Origin: Candidatus Shapirobacteria bacterium
GTDB lineage: Bacteria > Patescibacteriota > Microgenomatia > UBA12405
Assembly: GCA_041665485.1 (NCBI GenBank)
Contig: JBAYIT010000003.1
Coordinates: 67,146 to 131,145 of the forward strand
DNA: 64,000 bases
Direction: 5' to 3'
This document shows positions 8,917-18,899 of this stretch, piece by piece. The position numbers were made by a program, and so were the translations under genes. Under the pieces are notes generated by a model. That model did no database searches. It was not told where the DNA came from and saw nothing but the letters and a program-made list of their open reading frames with translations. Numbering within the stretch: position 1 is the first letter of the stretch; each line of letters opens with the position of its first letter.

Positions 8917-10011
8917 TCAACCAATCTTTACCAGACTCAAATTGTGGGCCGATCCGCCTTCAAACCAATTATTGCCGTGAATTACCAAAGTCACTTTCTT
9001 TTTTGTTAATAATTTTCTCGCCACCAATTCTTCAAAAACTTTATCTTCCTGTCTAAACTCGCTATTTTTAAACACCCTGTAATAGGGGATTATTCCATAG
9101 CTAATTCCCAATTGAGAGAGCTGACTTTGGCTGTCGCTAATTGCAATCACTGGTATCGCCAATCGATAACTGCTAATTATTTTGGCTGTTTTACCGCTTT
9201 TGGTAAACACCACTACCCCGCCAATCTCTTCTTTGCCGATCTTCTTAATTATTTCTACCGCTCCCGCCACCAAGCTATCGCCCAAGTCGTCAGCTTCAAT
9301 TTCCACCTGCCTCAATTCGCCACTTTCCTCGCAGTATCTGGCAATTTTGTCCATTACTTTAACTGCTTCCACCGGGTTTTTGCCAATGGCCGTTTCGTCG
9401 GAAAGCATTATCGAGTCGGTTCCGTCGAAAATAGCATTAGACACGTCGGTGGCTTCTGCCCGAGTCGGTTTCGGGTTCACCGTCATTGACTGCAACATTT
9501 GTGTTGCCACTATCACCGAAGTGTGGTTTTTACGGCAACTATCAATAATTTTTTTCTGGAAAAAACCCAGTTCTTCAATCGGCAAATCCTCGCCCAAATC
9601 GCCTCGGGCCACCATGATTGCTTCTGATTTAGGAATTATTTTTTCAAGTCGACTAAGTGCGGCTCTATTCTCGATTTTGGCGACAATTCCAGCTTTAATT
9701 TTTTTCTTTTCTAGTCTTTGCCTCAAATTATCAACTTCGTTCTCACTTTTCAAATATGATAGGGCCACCAGATCATAGTCCTTGACTTCAATTGGATAGT
9801 CGCTTCTAACAATATCAATCATTATACCTATGTTTTTACCTATCTTTTCAGACATTTTCCTGGCCATCGTAATTTTATCTTGATGCCACTCTTGGGTGTT
9901 GTGCTTCAAATTAAATCGGAAATAATTGGCCCCCGCTTCGATTAAACCCGCCATCATCTCTTTACTGCCTGTTGCTGGTCCTATAGTGGTAATTATTTTT
10001 GTTTTTCGCAT
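8917..10011 (-). CDS. pyk: Pyruvate kinase (short form)
   Basis: Pyruvate kinase signatures are present: KIITTIGPAT, MVARGDLG and a TQMLQSM-like segment. Confidence 0.85.
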   Translation of the reverse strand: MRKTKIITTIGPATGSKEMMAGLIEAGANYFRFNLKHNTQEWHQDKITMARKMSEKIGKNIGIMIDIVRSDYPIEVKDYDLVALSYLKSENEVDNLRQRLEKKKIKAGIVAKIENRAALSRLEKIIPKSEAIMVARGDLGEDLPIEELGFFQKKIIDSCRKNHTSVIVATQMLQSMTVNPKPTRAEATDVSNAIFDGTDSIMLSDETAIGKNPVEAVKVMDKIARYCEESGELRQVEIEADDLGDSLVAGAVEIIKKIGKEEIGGVVVFTKSGKTAKIISSYRLAIPVIAISDSQSQLSQLGISYGIIPYYRVFKNSEFRQEDKVFEELVARKLLTKKKVTLVIHGNNWFEGGSAHNLSLVKIG

Positions 10012-10039
10012 AATTTATTGCTATCATTAATATTACCTT

Positions 10040-11368
10040 ATGTCCCAATACCAAATCATTGGTGGTAATCCCCTCAAAGGTGAAGTTTCTATCCGTGGCG
10101 CCAAAAACGCCTCTTTCAAACAAATCATCGCTTCGATGTTAACCAAAGACACCGTTCATCTCACTAATGTCCCTAGTATCTCTGACGTCCACCTTACTCA
10201 AAGCATCGCTCAAAGTTTAGGTTCTCAAATCAAGCAAGTTGGTCTCCATGGTTTAGAAATAACCACCAAAAAAATCACTAGTTCAATAGTTCCCAGTGGT
10301 ACCGGCGAAAAATCCCGCTCTTCCTTTATGTTTGCTCCGCCCCTTCTACTGCGTACCGGCAAGGCTGTCGTCCCCACTCCCGGCGGTGATAAACTTGGCG
10401 CCCGCCCCCTCGACCGTCTTTTTGATTGTTATAAAAGCATGGGAATTGATGTTGACGTTACCAATAGTTCCATTGCTTTTAAAACAAGCGGTATCAAAGC
10501 CACTCATTATATTTTTCCTCAACCTTCCCACACTGTTACTGAAGTCGTCATTATGACCGCTTCCCTGGCCAAGGGTGATACGGTAATTGAAAATTCAGCC
10601 CGTGAGCCGGAAATCGATGATCTTATAGATATGCTCAATTCCATGGGCGCCAAGATTCAACGCGACCCAAAAAATTTATCCACCATTTACATCACCGGTG
10701 TCTCATCTCTCCATCAAACCGAGCATCAAATAATTGCCGACCGCAACGAATCGGTCACCTTTGCCTGCGCCACTCTGGCCACCAAGGGTTCGATCAATAT
10801 CTTGCGGGTTGACCCTAAAATCATCAACACCTTTCTTGACACTATCACCGCCATGGGCGCTGAAGTTGTCCGTGGCCGCGACGAAGTTACTATTTCCTGG
10901 GTCGGCCCTCTTAAAGCCTGTGATATTGAAACTTCCCCCGAGCCCGGCTTTATGACCGACTGGCAGGCTCTTTTTAGCTTGGTTTTAACTCAAGCCGTTG
11001 GCAGTAGCTCGGTTATCGAGCGGGTTTTCCCCTCCCGTTTTCAGCACATAGCCACCCTTAATCAGATGGGTGCCAAAACTAAGTTTTTTAATCCAACGCC
11101 CGAAGATCCAGCCAAATACTACCATTTCAATCTCGACACTGACAAACCGGAGTATTTCCACGGCGTCAAAATCTACGGCCCAACAAAATTAAAACCAATT
11201 AATCTGACTGTTTCCGACCTCCGTGCTGGCGCCACCGCCACTCTGGCCGCCCTCACTGCCGTCGGCAAATCAACCATTCAGGGAGTCGAATTCATCGAGC
11301 GTGGTTACGAAAATTTGGCCGACCGTCTCCGTTCCCTTGGCGCCCAAATCACTTACATCAAGACTTAG
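10040..11368 (+). CDS. murA: UDP-N-acetylglucosamine 1-carboxyvinyltransferase MurA
   Basis: The N-terminus reads IIGGNPLKGEVSIRGAKNA. The product is 442 aa, an EPT-family length. It diverges from pyk across a 28 bp spacer. Confidence 0.9.
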   Translation: MSQYQIIGGNPLKGEVSIRGAKNASFKQIIASMLTKDTVHLTNVPSISDVHLTQSIAQSLGSQIKQVGLHGLEITTKKITSSIVPSGTGEKSRSSFMFAPPLLLRTGKAVVPTPGGDKLGARPLDRLFDCYKSMGIDVDVTNSSIAFKTSGIKATHYIFPQPSHTVTEVVIMTASLAKGDTVIENSAREPEIDDLIDMLNSMGAKIQRDPKNLSTIYITGVSSLHQTEHQIIADRNESVTFACATLATKGSINILRVDPKIINTFLDTITAMGAEVVRGRDEVTISWVGPLKACDIETSPEPGFMTDWQALFSLVLTQAVGSSSVIERVFPSRFQHIATLNQMGAKTKFFNPTPEDPAKYYHFNLDTDKPEYFHGVKIYGPTKLKPINLTVSDLRAGATATLAALTAVGKSTIQGVEFIERGYENLADRLRSLGAQITYIKT

Positions 11369-13089
11369 CCCGTCTGCAACGCCCAAAACCGGCTATACAA
11401 ACTTTCTTTATCTGCCAATAATTGTCGGTGCGAGCCAACTTCTTTAATTCTCCCTTTTTCCATCACTACAATTTTTTCGGCGCGAACGACTGTCGACAAT
11501 CGGTGGGCAATTACAATTGTTGTTTTGTTTTCCGCCGCTTTCCAAAAAGCCTCCTGAATTAATTTTTCTGATTCCGAATCCAGTTGAGAGGTCGCCTCAT
11601 CAAAAATAATGATTTCCGGATTTTTCAAAATCATTCTGGCAATTGCCAGTCTTTGCTTTTGTCCGCCGGACAGTTTTACTCCTCGCTCGCCCACATTAGT
11701 TTCAAATTTCTGGGGAAGTGTCATTATAAAATCGTAAAGATTAGCCATTTTTGCTGCCGCTATCATTTCCTTTTTGCTGGCTGAACTTCGGCCATAGGTA
11801 ATGTTGTAGCCAATCGTATTATTAAACATAATCGGTTCCTGGGGCACTACTCCCACCATGGCCCTTAAATCACTTTTCCTCATCTCTTTAATATCAATTC
11901 CGTCAATAGTAATTTTTCCCGAATCGGGGTCATAAAACCGCAAAAGTAATTTTACTAAAGTTGTTTTGCCTACTCCCGAATGGCCCACAAATGCCACTGA
12001 CTGGCCTCCTCTGATGTCCAGATTTATCTCTTCCACCGCTTTATTTTTATTTTTTGGGTAAGCAAACCAAATGTTGTCAAATTTTATTTCTCCGGCGACT
12101 TCTCTTATAGTTTTTGGTTTTTTTGGGTCAGCCACTTCCGGTGTTTCGTTTAGAATAGCAAAATATTTTTGAATATCCACCGTATGTTTGGCCACTTGTC
12201 GCAAGTTGTATACCAATTCGAAAAAACGATTATAAAAACTACTCACAAAACCCACCACCATTACAAAACTACCCGTACCTATTTCATCCTGTGTCACCAG
12301 TTTCAAACCATAAATTAGGGCCACTACTAAACCAATATTTCCTAGCCCTCCGATTATGATATCTATCATTCTAAAGCTCATTGAATAATCCCATAATCGC
12401 CGAAACCAGTTTACAAATTTTTTCTGCAACCTCCGCCTTTCCCATTTTTCCCTAGCAAAGAGTTTAACTGTCTCAAAATTAATTAAGTTATCCACAATAA
12501 TATCCGATATTTCATCTTCTACTTGGTTAAATTCTCTTCTGGTTCGAATATTATTTCTTATCAATGATCCTGTTACCGCCAAAGCTATTCCGAAGGTCAT
12601 GAATACGATCAGCCCAATTTCCCATTTAATTTTAACCAAGAAAAAAAGCATTGTTACAAATCCAATTACCACCCTAGTGCTGGAAATGTTGATTGACTGA
12701 AAAAAATCGAAAAATGCTCCGTCGCCCCTTTTGATTAAACTAATTAAAGAGCCGGTACTTTTTGAAGTATGAAAAGCAAAATCCAGATTATGAATTTTTT
12801 CTACCACCGCCATTCTGGCATCACGCGATGCTGGTATTACCGCCTTGTCTCCTGCCGCCCTCATCAAATTATCGCTTAGTAAACCAACCACCCTCACTAG
12901 TCCAAACAATATTAAGACTATAATAGCTTCGGAATAGTTTCTTGTAGGGATAATATCCACAAATAATTTATAGAAATACGGCTCGACTGCTTCCAGTACT
13001 CCATTTAAAATTAAGGCCACCGTAAACACCGCCATTGCCCCTCGGTAACGCCCCAAAAATTTATAGTATGTTTTTAGAATCAACCACAT
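11365..13089 (-). CDS. ABC exporter, fused permease + ATP-binding domains (MsbA/ABCB-like)
   Basis: Six TM helices at the N-terminus are followed by Walker A GHSGVGKTT, the signature LSGGQKQR and Walker B IIIFDEATS. Confidence 0.85.
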   Translation of the reverse strand: MWLILKTYYKFLGRYRGAMAVFTVALILNGVLEAVEPYFYKLFVDIIPTRNYSEAIIVLILFGLVRVVGLLSDNLMRAAGDKAVIPASRDARMAVVEKIHNLDFAFHTSKSTGSLISLIKRGDGAFFDFFQSINISSTRVVIGFVTMLFFLVKIKWEIGLIVFMTFGIALAVTGSLIRNNIRTRREFNQVEDEISDIIVDNLINFETVKLFAREKWERRRLQKKFVNWFRRLWDYSMSFRMIDIIIGGLGNIGLVVALIYGLKLVTQDEIGTGSFVMVVGFVSSFYNRFFELVYNLRQVAKHTVDIQKYFAILNETPEVADPKKPKTIREVAGEIKFDNIWFAYPKNKNKAVEEINLDIRGGQSVAFVGHSGVGKTTLVKLLLRFYDPDSGKITIDGIDIKEMRKSDLRAMVGVVPQEPIMFNNTIGYNITYGRSSASKKEMIAAAKMANLYDFIMTLPQKFETNVGERGVKLSGGQKQRLAIARMILKNPEIIIFDEATSQLDSESEKLIQEAFWKAAENKTTIVIAHRLSTVVRAEKIVVMEKGRIKEVGSHRQLLADKESLYSRFWALQTG

Positions 13090-13103
13090 GGAACTATTCT
13101 ACA

Positions 13104-13805
13104 CTACATTCCATCAATTTCGTATCTACTTGTTTTAGATCGATACCGGCAAAACTCGCAGTCTTTATTTGGTGGTGGCAGTCGGTCGTCGGTCAAGGTC
13201 TTTGCTAATTTGCTAATTGTTCCTTCAATCCAATCTCGGTTGCCCACATAGGGAATTATTTTTATCCTAAATTCTAGCTTTGCGTCAAACGCCTCATTAT
13301 CACTTCTACCGTTAACATAGACAAAATAACCGGTGTTACTTACTTCAAAGCCGTTATTAGCCAAAAGCCATTGATAAATCTCCATCTGTCTTCGGTAACT
13401 GTCGTGCCACGGGCTATCAGTTAGTTCTACCTCGCCCTCTTTGGCCGTCGACTTGTAATCTACTACAAATAACTTTTTCTCTTTATCAACCCAAATATCA
13501 TCCACTGCTCCAAAAAATTCAATCTCCGTTTCCGGGTGGTAAAAACTAACTCCCTTAAAATTATTCCGCCATTTATCCATATTTTCATGATCAAATGGCA
13601 CTGCCTCAATTCCGTAAGCCGTCATTAATGGGTGCGGTTCATGTTTGGTTCGGTAGATATCAAATTCTTTTTTAAGCAATCGATCCACTTCTGAATTAAG
13701 AGTAAACGGCATTCCTCCTGGTTGCTTTATTTTCAACACCACGTCGAAATAAAAACATCTTGGGCACCGCACAAACAATTCAATTTTCGACCTCGACAAT
13801 CTCAT
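13104..13805 (-). CDS. PD-(D/E)xK nuclease, Cas4-like with 4-Cys cluster (stand-alone, no CRISPR nearby)
   Basis: An N-terminal CPRC and a C-terminal CEFC bracket a VVDYKS (D..K) nuclease core. This is the Cas4/AddB/DUF83 architecture. Confidence 0.55.
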   Translation of the reverse strand: MRLSRSKIELFVRCPRCFYFDVVLKIKQPGGMPFTLNSEVDRLLKKEFDIYRTKHEPHPLMTAYGIEAVPFDHENMDKWRNNFKGVSFYHPETEIEFFGAVDDIWVDKEKKLFVVDYKSTAKEGEVELTDSPWHDSYRRQMEIYQWLLANNGFEVSNTGYFVYVNGRSDNEAFDAKLEFRIKIIPYVGNRDWIEGTISKLAKTLTDDRLPPPNKDCEFCRYRSKTSRYEIDGM

Positions 13806-13918
13806 TACCTATTTTAACCCAAAATATCTGTTATTATTTTTTATAAACTAATCATACGTCATTGCGACCCTGAGCTTGTCGAAGGGGAAGCAATCTCGAT
13901 GGGATTTAAAATAACATC

Positions 13919-14491
13919 ATGAAATTATCGGCATCGCTAATTTTTGTTTTCACTCTTTTGTTTTTTGCTAATTTTTTTGTCGTTAAAAATATCCCCGAAA
14001 CTGGTATTTATAATAATCAGCCTGTCGTCGTTCCCAACTTTGATTTTTCCTCTCCGGAGGTTTTGGGCGAAACCACTGGCTCCGATAAATGGATTGAAGT
14101 TGATCTTACCACTCAACAAGCCACCGCCTACGAAAACGGCCAAAAAGTTTTTGAGTTTCTTATATCTTCTGGCACCTGGGGCCGAACTCCCACTGGCACT
14201 TTCAAAATTTGGACCAAGGTCAAATCTCAAAAAATGTCCGGCGGCTCCAAAGAAAACGGCACCTATTATTATCTCCCCAACGTTCCTTATATTATGTTTT
14301 TCTACAACGACGACGTCCCCAAAAAAATGGGCTTTAGTTTTCACGGCACTTATTGGCACGACAATTTTGGTGTCCCCATGTCCCACGGCTGTATCAACAT
14401 GAAAACGGCTGAAGCCAAAATGCTTTTCGATTGGGCCGAAATCGACACCCCCATCTTCATCTTCGGTAAATACGCCCCGGTGTCTACCTAA
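13919..14491 (+). CDS. L,D-transpeptidase (YkuD domain)
   Basis: A signal/TM segment precedes the catalytic HGT..........SHGCINM motif. Confidence 0.8.
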   Translation: MKLSASLIFVFTLLFFANFFVVKNIPETGIYNNQPVVVPNFDFSSPEVLGETTGSDKWIEVDLTTQQATAYENGQKVFEFLISSGTWGRTPTGTFKIWTKVKSQKMSGGSKENGTYYYLPNVPYIMFFYNDDVPKKMGFSFHGTYWHDNFGVPMSHGCINMKTAEAKMLFDWAEIDTPIFIFGKYAPVST

Positions 14492-14804
14492 CCAAATATC
14501 TCTGCATTCTGACCAACTGCTTGTCCGAATGTTGGCCGTTAAAAACTGCCGTCATATCCGTTCCGCAGTTGAAAATATCGCCCCCCGAATGTTGATTGCG
14601 GTATTGAGTCACATCATATTTTTGTCCTCGCACTGTAATTAAGCATCGGTTATCAACCGCCGTCGGGGCTACCGATATTGTTTGTATTGTTGTCGGTGTC
14701 GGCATTATTTCAGTCAACTGTTTTTTGGGCTGATTGCTAATTACTGCCACTCCTAAAACCACTAAAAATACCGCCATTGTTACTAAAAATATGTTTTTAA
14801 CCAT
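14484..14804 (-). CDS. Cytochrome b5-like haem-binding domain protein, N-terminal TM anchor
   Basis: The sequence KYDVTQYRNQHSGGDIFNCGTDMTAVFNGQHS matches the cyt-b5 pattern (YDVT.F...HPGG....G.D.T..F...HS). It lies immediately downstream of the NOX-like gene. Confidence 0.5.
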   Translation of the reverse strand: MVKNIFLVTMAVFLVVLGVAVISNQPKKQLTEIMPTPTTIQTISVAPTAVDNRCLITVRGQKYDVTQYRNQHSGGDIFNCGTDMTAVFNGQHSDKQLVRMQRYLVR

Positions 14805-14805
14805 A

Positions 14806-16056
14806 TTAGCCTAAATAAAAATTTTCATAATAAATATTTAACTTATCAACTCCAAGATCAATTAATTGATTTTGAATATCAGTCATCATCGCTTCTGGCC
14901 CACAAACTAGAAATGTCCAATCAGTAAAATTGCCAATTTTCTCTTTAATAAAATTTCCTGTTAACCTCTGTTTCTCACTTGTGTAAACCGGAAAATAAGC
15001 AAAATTATTTGTTTTAATTTTCGTTAATCTATCGTCAGCGTAGCCGTTTCTTTCTCTCATCGAATAAAATAATGTCATTTCTTTTTCAGATCCCACCATG
15101 CTCAAAAATGGTGTTATTCCAATTCCTCCCGCTACCACTACTATTTTTTTGCCACCATCAAAAATCTCCCCCATTTTTCCGTACGGCCCTATTATTTCCG
15201 CCACATCACCAGTCTTTAATCCTGTCAGTTTATCAGTATAATCACCGCCCATTTTTATTGCTAACTTGATTTCTTTTTCTTCTGGCGCTGACGCAATTGA
15301 AAATGGATGTGACTCTTCTCCTGTCACTTTGTTTTTAAAACTGACAAATACAAACTGCCCCGGTCTAAATTTTATTTCTTTATTTTTTGCCTCCAAACTA
15401 ATCTCTATTATTTTGTTAAATTGATTAATTTTTTTAACTATATAATCCGTTTTCGTTTTATTAAGCAACCACTTTCGGTAAACCACCGCCGCCAGTGCCA
15501 AGCCCATCCACCCCAGCATCCACAGTTTAAGTGGCCAAAATCGCGCCACATCGCTGTCGATCAATAAAACATGCCCAAAAGCCATTAACGCTACCAATCC
15601 CATTAATTGGTGGGTTTTAAGCCAGGACTGGTAGGGGAGTTTGATAATTAGAGTAAACGTCAATAGCAATATTAGTCCATACACTGCCCCCACTCCTAAG
15701 TTGTAGGGTAAAAGGGTTGATGGTAATAAATATAAGAGTCCGTTTCCCCCAACACTTATTGCTTTTATTGCCAGCAACACCGGGTGAGCCATTAGTAAGC
15801 TAAAAGCTATTCCTCCCAATAGGTGGTGCTTTTTATAAACTTTATCCAAGCCGCCAAACCAATCTTCAAGCCAACTTATCCGGCTACTCAGGCCAAAAGT
15901 TATCGCCAAAAGCACTCCGCCCGAAAGTGAGCTCATCTGGCTTAATACTTGCCAAAAATTAAACGCCGGGGCGTCTGGTACTGTTTTTGAGACCAAAAAT
16001 AATCCCGCTGTTATCACTAAACCAATAATGATCAACCAACTCCCTTTATCTTTCAC
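14806..16056 (-). CDS. Ferric reductase/NADPH-oxidase-like flavocytochrome (SpNOX-like: FRD TM domain + FAD/NAD(P)-binding FNR domain)
   Basis: A 6-TM region carries paired His ligands (MAHPVLL; HQLMG...FGHVLL). The dehydrogenase domain follows, with RPGQFVFV, HPFSIAS (FAD) and GGIGITPF (NAD(P)H). Confidence 0.75.
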   Translation of the reverse strand: MKDKGSWLIIIGLVITAGLFLVSKTVPDAPAFNFWQVLSQMSSLSGGVLLAITFGLSSRISWLEDWFGGLDKVYKKHHLLGGIAFSLLMAHPVLLAIKAISVGGNGLLYLLPSTLLPYNLGVGAVYGLILLLTFTLIIKLPYQSWLKTHQLMGLVALMAFGHVLLIDSDVARFWPLKLWMLGWMGLALAAVVYRKWLLNKTKTDYIVKKINQFNKIIEISLEAKNKEIKFRPGQFVFVSFKNKVTGEESHPFSIASAPEEKEIKLAIKMGGDYTDKLTGLKTGDVAEIIGPYGKMGEIFDGGKKIVVVAGGIGITPFLSMVGSEKEMTLFYSMRERNGYADDRLTKIKTNNFAYFPVYTSEKQRLTGNFIKEKIGNFTDWTFLVCGPEAMMTDIQNQLIDLGVDKLNIYYENFYLG

Positions 16057-16097
16057 TTCTCAATTTTACCAGCTCCAATCTGAAATTTAACTGAAGT

Positions 16098-16436
16098 TTA
16101 ATTTTGCTTCTTTAGGTATCCTGATAAATTTCCCGTTCTTGGTTTTTCTATCTCCTCTTTTTCTTTAACTGCATTGTCCTCTTCAATTCTTTTTAATTTA
16201 ATTTTCATTAGTCCATCGACAAAATCGGCGCCACTATAACCCCCAAGTAGCGCCATCACCCCCTCGCCATTAAAAAATGTCGCCACCACCGCTCCCAAAA
16301 TCGCCGAAATTAAAACTGAAATCAAAAGCCAAGTCCAATTTATCGTTACCTCTTTTTTCAGGGCCAAGTCTTTGGCAATTCCCAACACTCCCCGCAATAT
16401 TCCCCCCATCGCTCCCGCCACCACTATCCACCACAT
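16098..16436 (-). CDS. Small membrane protein (hypothetical)
   Basis: The product has three TM helices and a charged C-terminal tail. No motif was found. Confidence 0.35.
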   Translation of the reverse strand: MWWIVVAGAMGGILRGVLGIAKDLALKKEVTINWTWLLISVLISAILGAVVATFFNGEGVMALLGGYSGADFVDGLMKIKLKRIEEDNAVKEKEEIEKPRTGNLSGYLKKQN

Positions 16437-16466
16437 AAACCAATTCTACACCAATTTAAGTCTCCC

Positions 16467-17165
16467 TTGTCAAAGGGAGATTTAGAGGGATTGAATCATT
16501 TATACTTACTCATGACTTTCAGAAAACTAGCCGTTGCCAGTTTAATTCTACTTGTTCCGGCCCTGGCCACTGCCATTCGCTTTACTCAAAATTCAACCGT
16601 TGGTGACAAAGTTGTCACCATCATCGATGGCGACACTTTTAAACTCGAAAACAAACAAACCATCCGCCTGGCCTCAATCGATGCTCCCGAGTTGGGCAGT
16701 TGTTATTCGCAAGAGGCTAAAAACGCCCTATCGCAATTGATTTTAAATAAACGGGTCGTTCTCCTCGAGCCGTATGCCGATAATTTTAGCCGGGTTATCG
16801 CTCTCGTTATCAGTAATGGTCAAGTAATCAATGAGGTTATGGTTCGAAACGGCTTTGCCGTCGACACCTACGATAACTTTTCCGCCAAAAAAGCCCTTCA
16901 GTCTGCCAACGATTATGCCCGGGCCAATAGTCTCGGAGTTTATGGCCCCAAATGTTCCCAAGTCGTTCCGCCTAATTTAAGCTGTTTAATCAAAGGCAAC
17001 CACGACCAGCGCCAAGGTCGCCCTCTATACTCATATCCTGGTTGCACCAATTACAACCGAACTGTCGTTGAAACTTTTCGCGGTGATCAATGGTTTTGCA
17101 CCGAAGCTGAAGCCCAAAAAGCCGGCTACACCCGCTCCGGCGACTGCCAGTCCGACTTCCACTAA
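16467..17165 (+). CDS. Thermonuclease (SNase/micrococcal nuclease family) with Cys-rich C-terminal extension
   Basis: A signal peptide precedes TIIDGDTF...IRLASIDAPE...R (the SNase catalytic core). The C-terminal ~80 aa carry six Cys residues (GPKCSQ...SCLIKG...PGCTNY...WFCTEAE...GDCQSDFH). Confidence 0.8.
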   Translation: MSKGDLEGLNHLYLLMTFRKLAVASLILLVPALATAIRFTQNSTVGDKVVTIIDGDTFKLENKQTIRLASIDAPELGSCYSQEAKNALSQLILNKRVVLLEPYADNFSRVIALVISNGQVINEVMVRNGFAVDTYDNFSAKKALQSANDYARANSLGVYGPKCSQVVPPNLSCLIKGNHDQRQGRPLYSYPGCTNYNRTVVETFRGDQWFCTEAEAQKAGYTRSGDCQSDFH

Positions 17166-17166
17166 T

Positions 17167-17397
17167 TTATCTCCTTTCCCTTTTCCACACTGCAATCACG
17201 ATATAGTCAAAACTTACTTTAGTCGTTTTAGCGTAAAACAACCCAATTTCGTAACCATTATATTTCCTAACAGCAACTTTCGAATCCGGCGTCACTCCGT
17301 GTTCACCCTTATTAAACACTTCGTAAATCTCCGCCTCACTCACCCTCAAATTCCTCATCTTTTCTAAAACCTTTGGTGGAAAAAATAGGGTAGACAT
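17167..17397 (-). CDS. Small hypothetical protein, possible BrnT/RelE-fold toxin-like orphan
   Basis: The 76 aa product ends in ...FDYIVIAVWKRERR, which weakly recalls the BrnT C-terminus (IISARRA..RER). No partner gene is visible. Confidence 0.25.
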   Translation of the reverse strand: MSTLFFPPKVLEKMRNLRVSEAEIYEVFNKGEHGVTPDSKVAVRKYNGYEIGLFYAKTTKVSFDYIVIAVWKRERR

Positions 17398-17439
17398 ACT
17401 TAAATAACTTTTTCGTTACTAGTATATAATAATTTAATT

Positions 17440-18568
17440 GTGGAAGAAGAATTGAATCGTCGATTGGTGGTTCAAGATGAAAACCTAAATAAACTGGTCA
17501 CTAAGGGTATCTTTCAGCCACTTTCGGCAGTTTCAAATCCCCATTATGACTGTACGGGCGCATATTTTAATCCGCATTTAACATACACAAATCCTAATTT
17601 TGATTTTAGTTCAAGTTTCCCCCCGGTTTACCCTATATGTTGGCACTCGGAAGTGGCAAAAGGTTTCCCGATTCTCTGGTTTATTGTCGGCCCGGTAACA
17701 GAAGAACTGGAATTGTAACCTCTTCATCTGGAATCCAACTAGCCGGTGTCCCACTTAGGTATCTTGATGAAAAAGGGTTAGGCCAACTGTCAGAGAGACG
17801 TATAGAAACAGGTCTTATTAGACAGGAATATGTCCGAACTTGTCCGCCCAAAGCTGGAAAATTACATGGTCGTCCTATTACTTGGGGTATTACCGATCTT
17901 GAAACGGCAAGATATGATGTCGAGTCAACCCACGGTTTAGTCCAAGATGGCCTAAGAATCATCCCAACAGTTGCCATCGTACCTCTGACAAAAATACTTG
18001 ACGAGACGGGAAACTATCTCGCCATTAAGGATGCTGTTGAAAATGGCCTTCTCGCGGCCGGATCTATTCCGGCAATTCAATTTAGGGCTTATGTAACACC
18101 GTATCGGCCGGGCGAATTTATCTTTACAAAGTTACATAACCTATCACAAGGGGAGATAAACAGAAGAAAAATCATGTTTCTAGAGGGTATGGCGGATATG
18201 TCTCTAGACCCTAGTATCCCGATAGATTTTAGTAATCCGGAAAAATCTATCCTTGAGTATTTAGATTGGTTCGCAACAACCTTTGGGGGTAGTCTAGCTC
18301 GTTTGCACAGAGCAAAAAAACACACGGCTATCTTAACGAACTTCACAACGTCACCTTAGATGTCCGTTTCACTGACTCCGACGGACTCGAAACTGGCGTA
18401 ACTAGTCATGAAACTTACCAAGAATATGGTTCTTTGTTTAATGCATGTCCAAATTGTCCACCGGAGTTATGGAAATACTATGACAGTATTATTAATCTAT
18501 TTGATCTTCGAATAGGCCCTAGTATTTTTATGAATAAAACAATCAAGACATACAACGATCACCAGTAG
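17440..18568 (+). pseudogene. Disrupted gene (at least two frame changes) with composition unlike flanking DNA
   Basis: ORF 17440..17718 overlaps ORF 17637..18359 in another frame. After the TAG at 18357-18359 an open frame continues in the next frame (...DVRFTDSDGLETGVTSHETYQEYGSLFNACPNCPPELW...NDHQ*) to about 18568. No domain is recognised. Confidence 0.3.
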
Positions 18569-18636
18569 CATTCTCTTCATAACAGTACTTATTTATCTAA
18601 TCTGTTGCCCGACAAGGATTCGGACCTCAATTCCTA

Positions 18637-18711
18637 CGTTCAGAGCGTAGTGGCCTACCATTAGCCGATCGGGCATTAATTCAAGATCCTAGGCAGTATT
18701 TTATCTTATCC
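18637..18711 (+). repeat. Intergenic direct repeat, copy A (ACGTTCAGAGCGTAGTGG...CCGATCGGGCATTAATTCAAGATCCTAGGCAGTATTTTATCTTATCC)
   Basis: Copy B at 18763..18876 is near-identical. The pair was read directly from the sequence. Confidence 0.7.
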
Positions 18712-18762
18712 TTCAACACTTCTCTACCATATCTGTTTTTATCAGAAAAAACTCATATCTCA

Positions 18763-18876
18763 CGTTCAGAGCGTAGTGGACTGCTGTTAGCTTGTCCGTC
18801 CACTGACGGACTTGCCCGGCTCAGACGGGCCGATCGGGCATTATTCAAGATCCTAGGCTGTATTTTATCTTATTTC
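18763..18876 (+). repeat. Intergenic direct repeat, copy B, with ~50 nt hairpin-rich insertion
   Basis: It shares the same ends as copy A. The internal insertion contains the hairpins GTCCGTccactgACGGAC and GCCCGgctcagaCGGGC. Confidence 0.7.
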
Positions 18877-18899
18877 CTATCTTATTCAAAATTGCCCTT

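Noticed and set aside
9112-9778. Plus-strand ORFs of 125 and 198 aa opposite pyruvate kinase.
   Set aside because: They are antisense to a strongly supported gene and their products are low-complexity.
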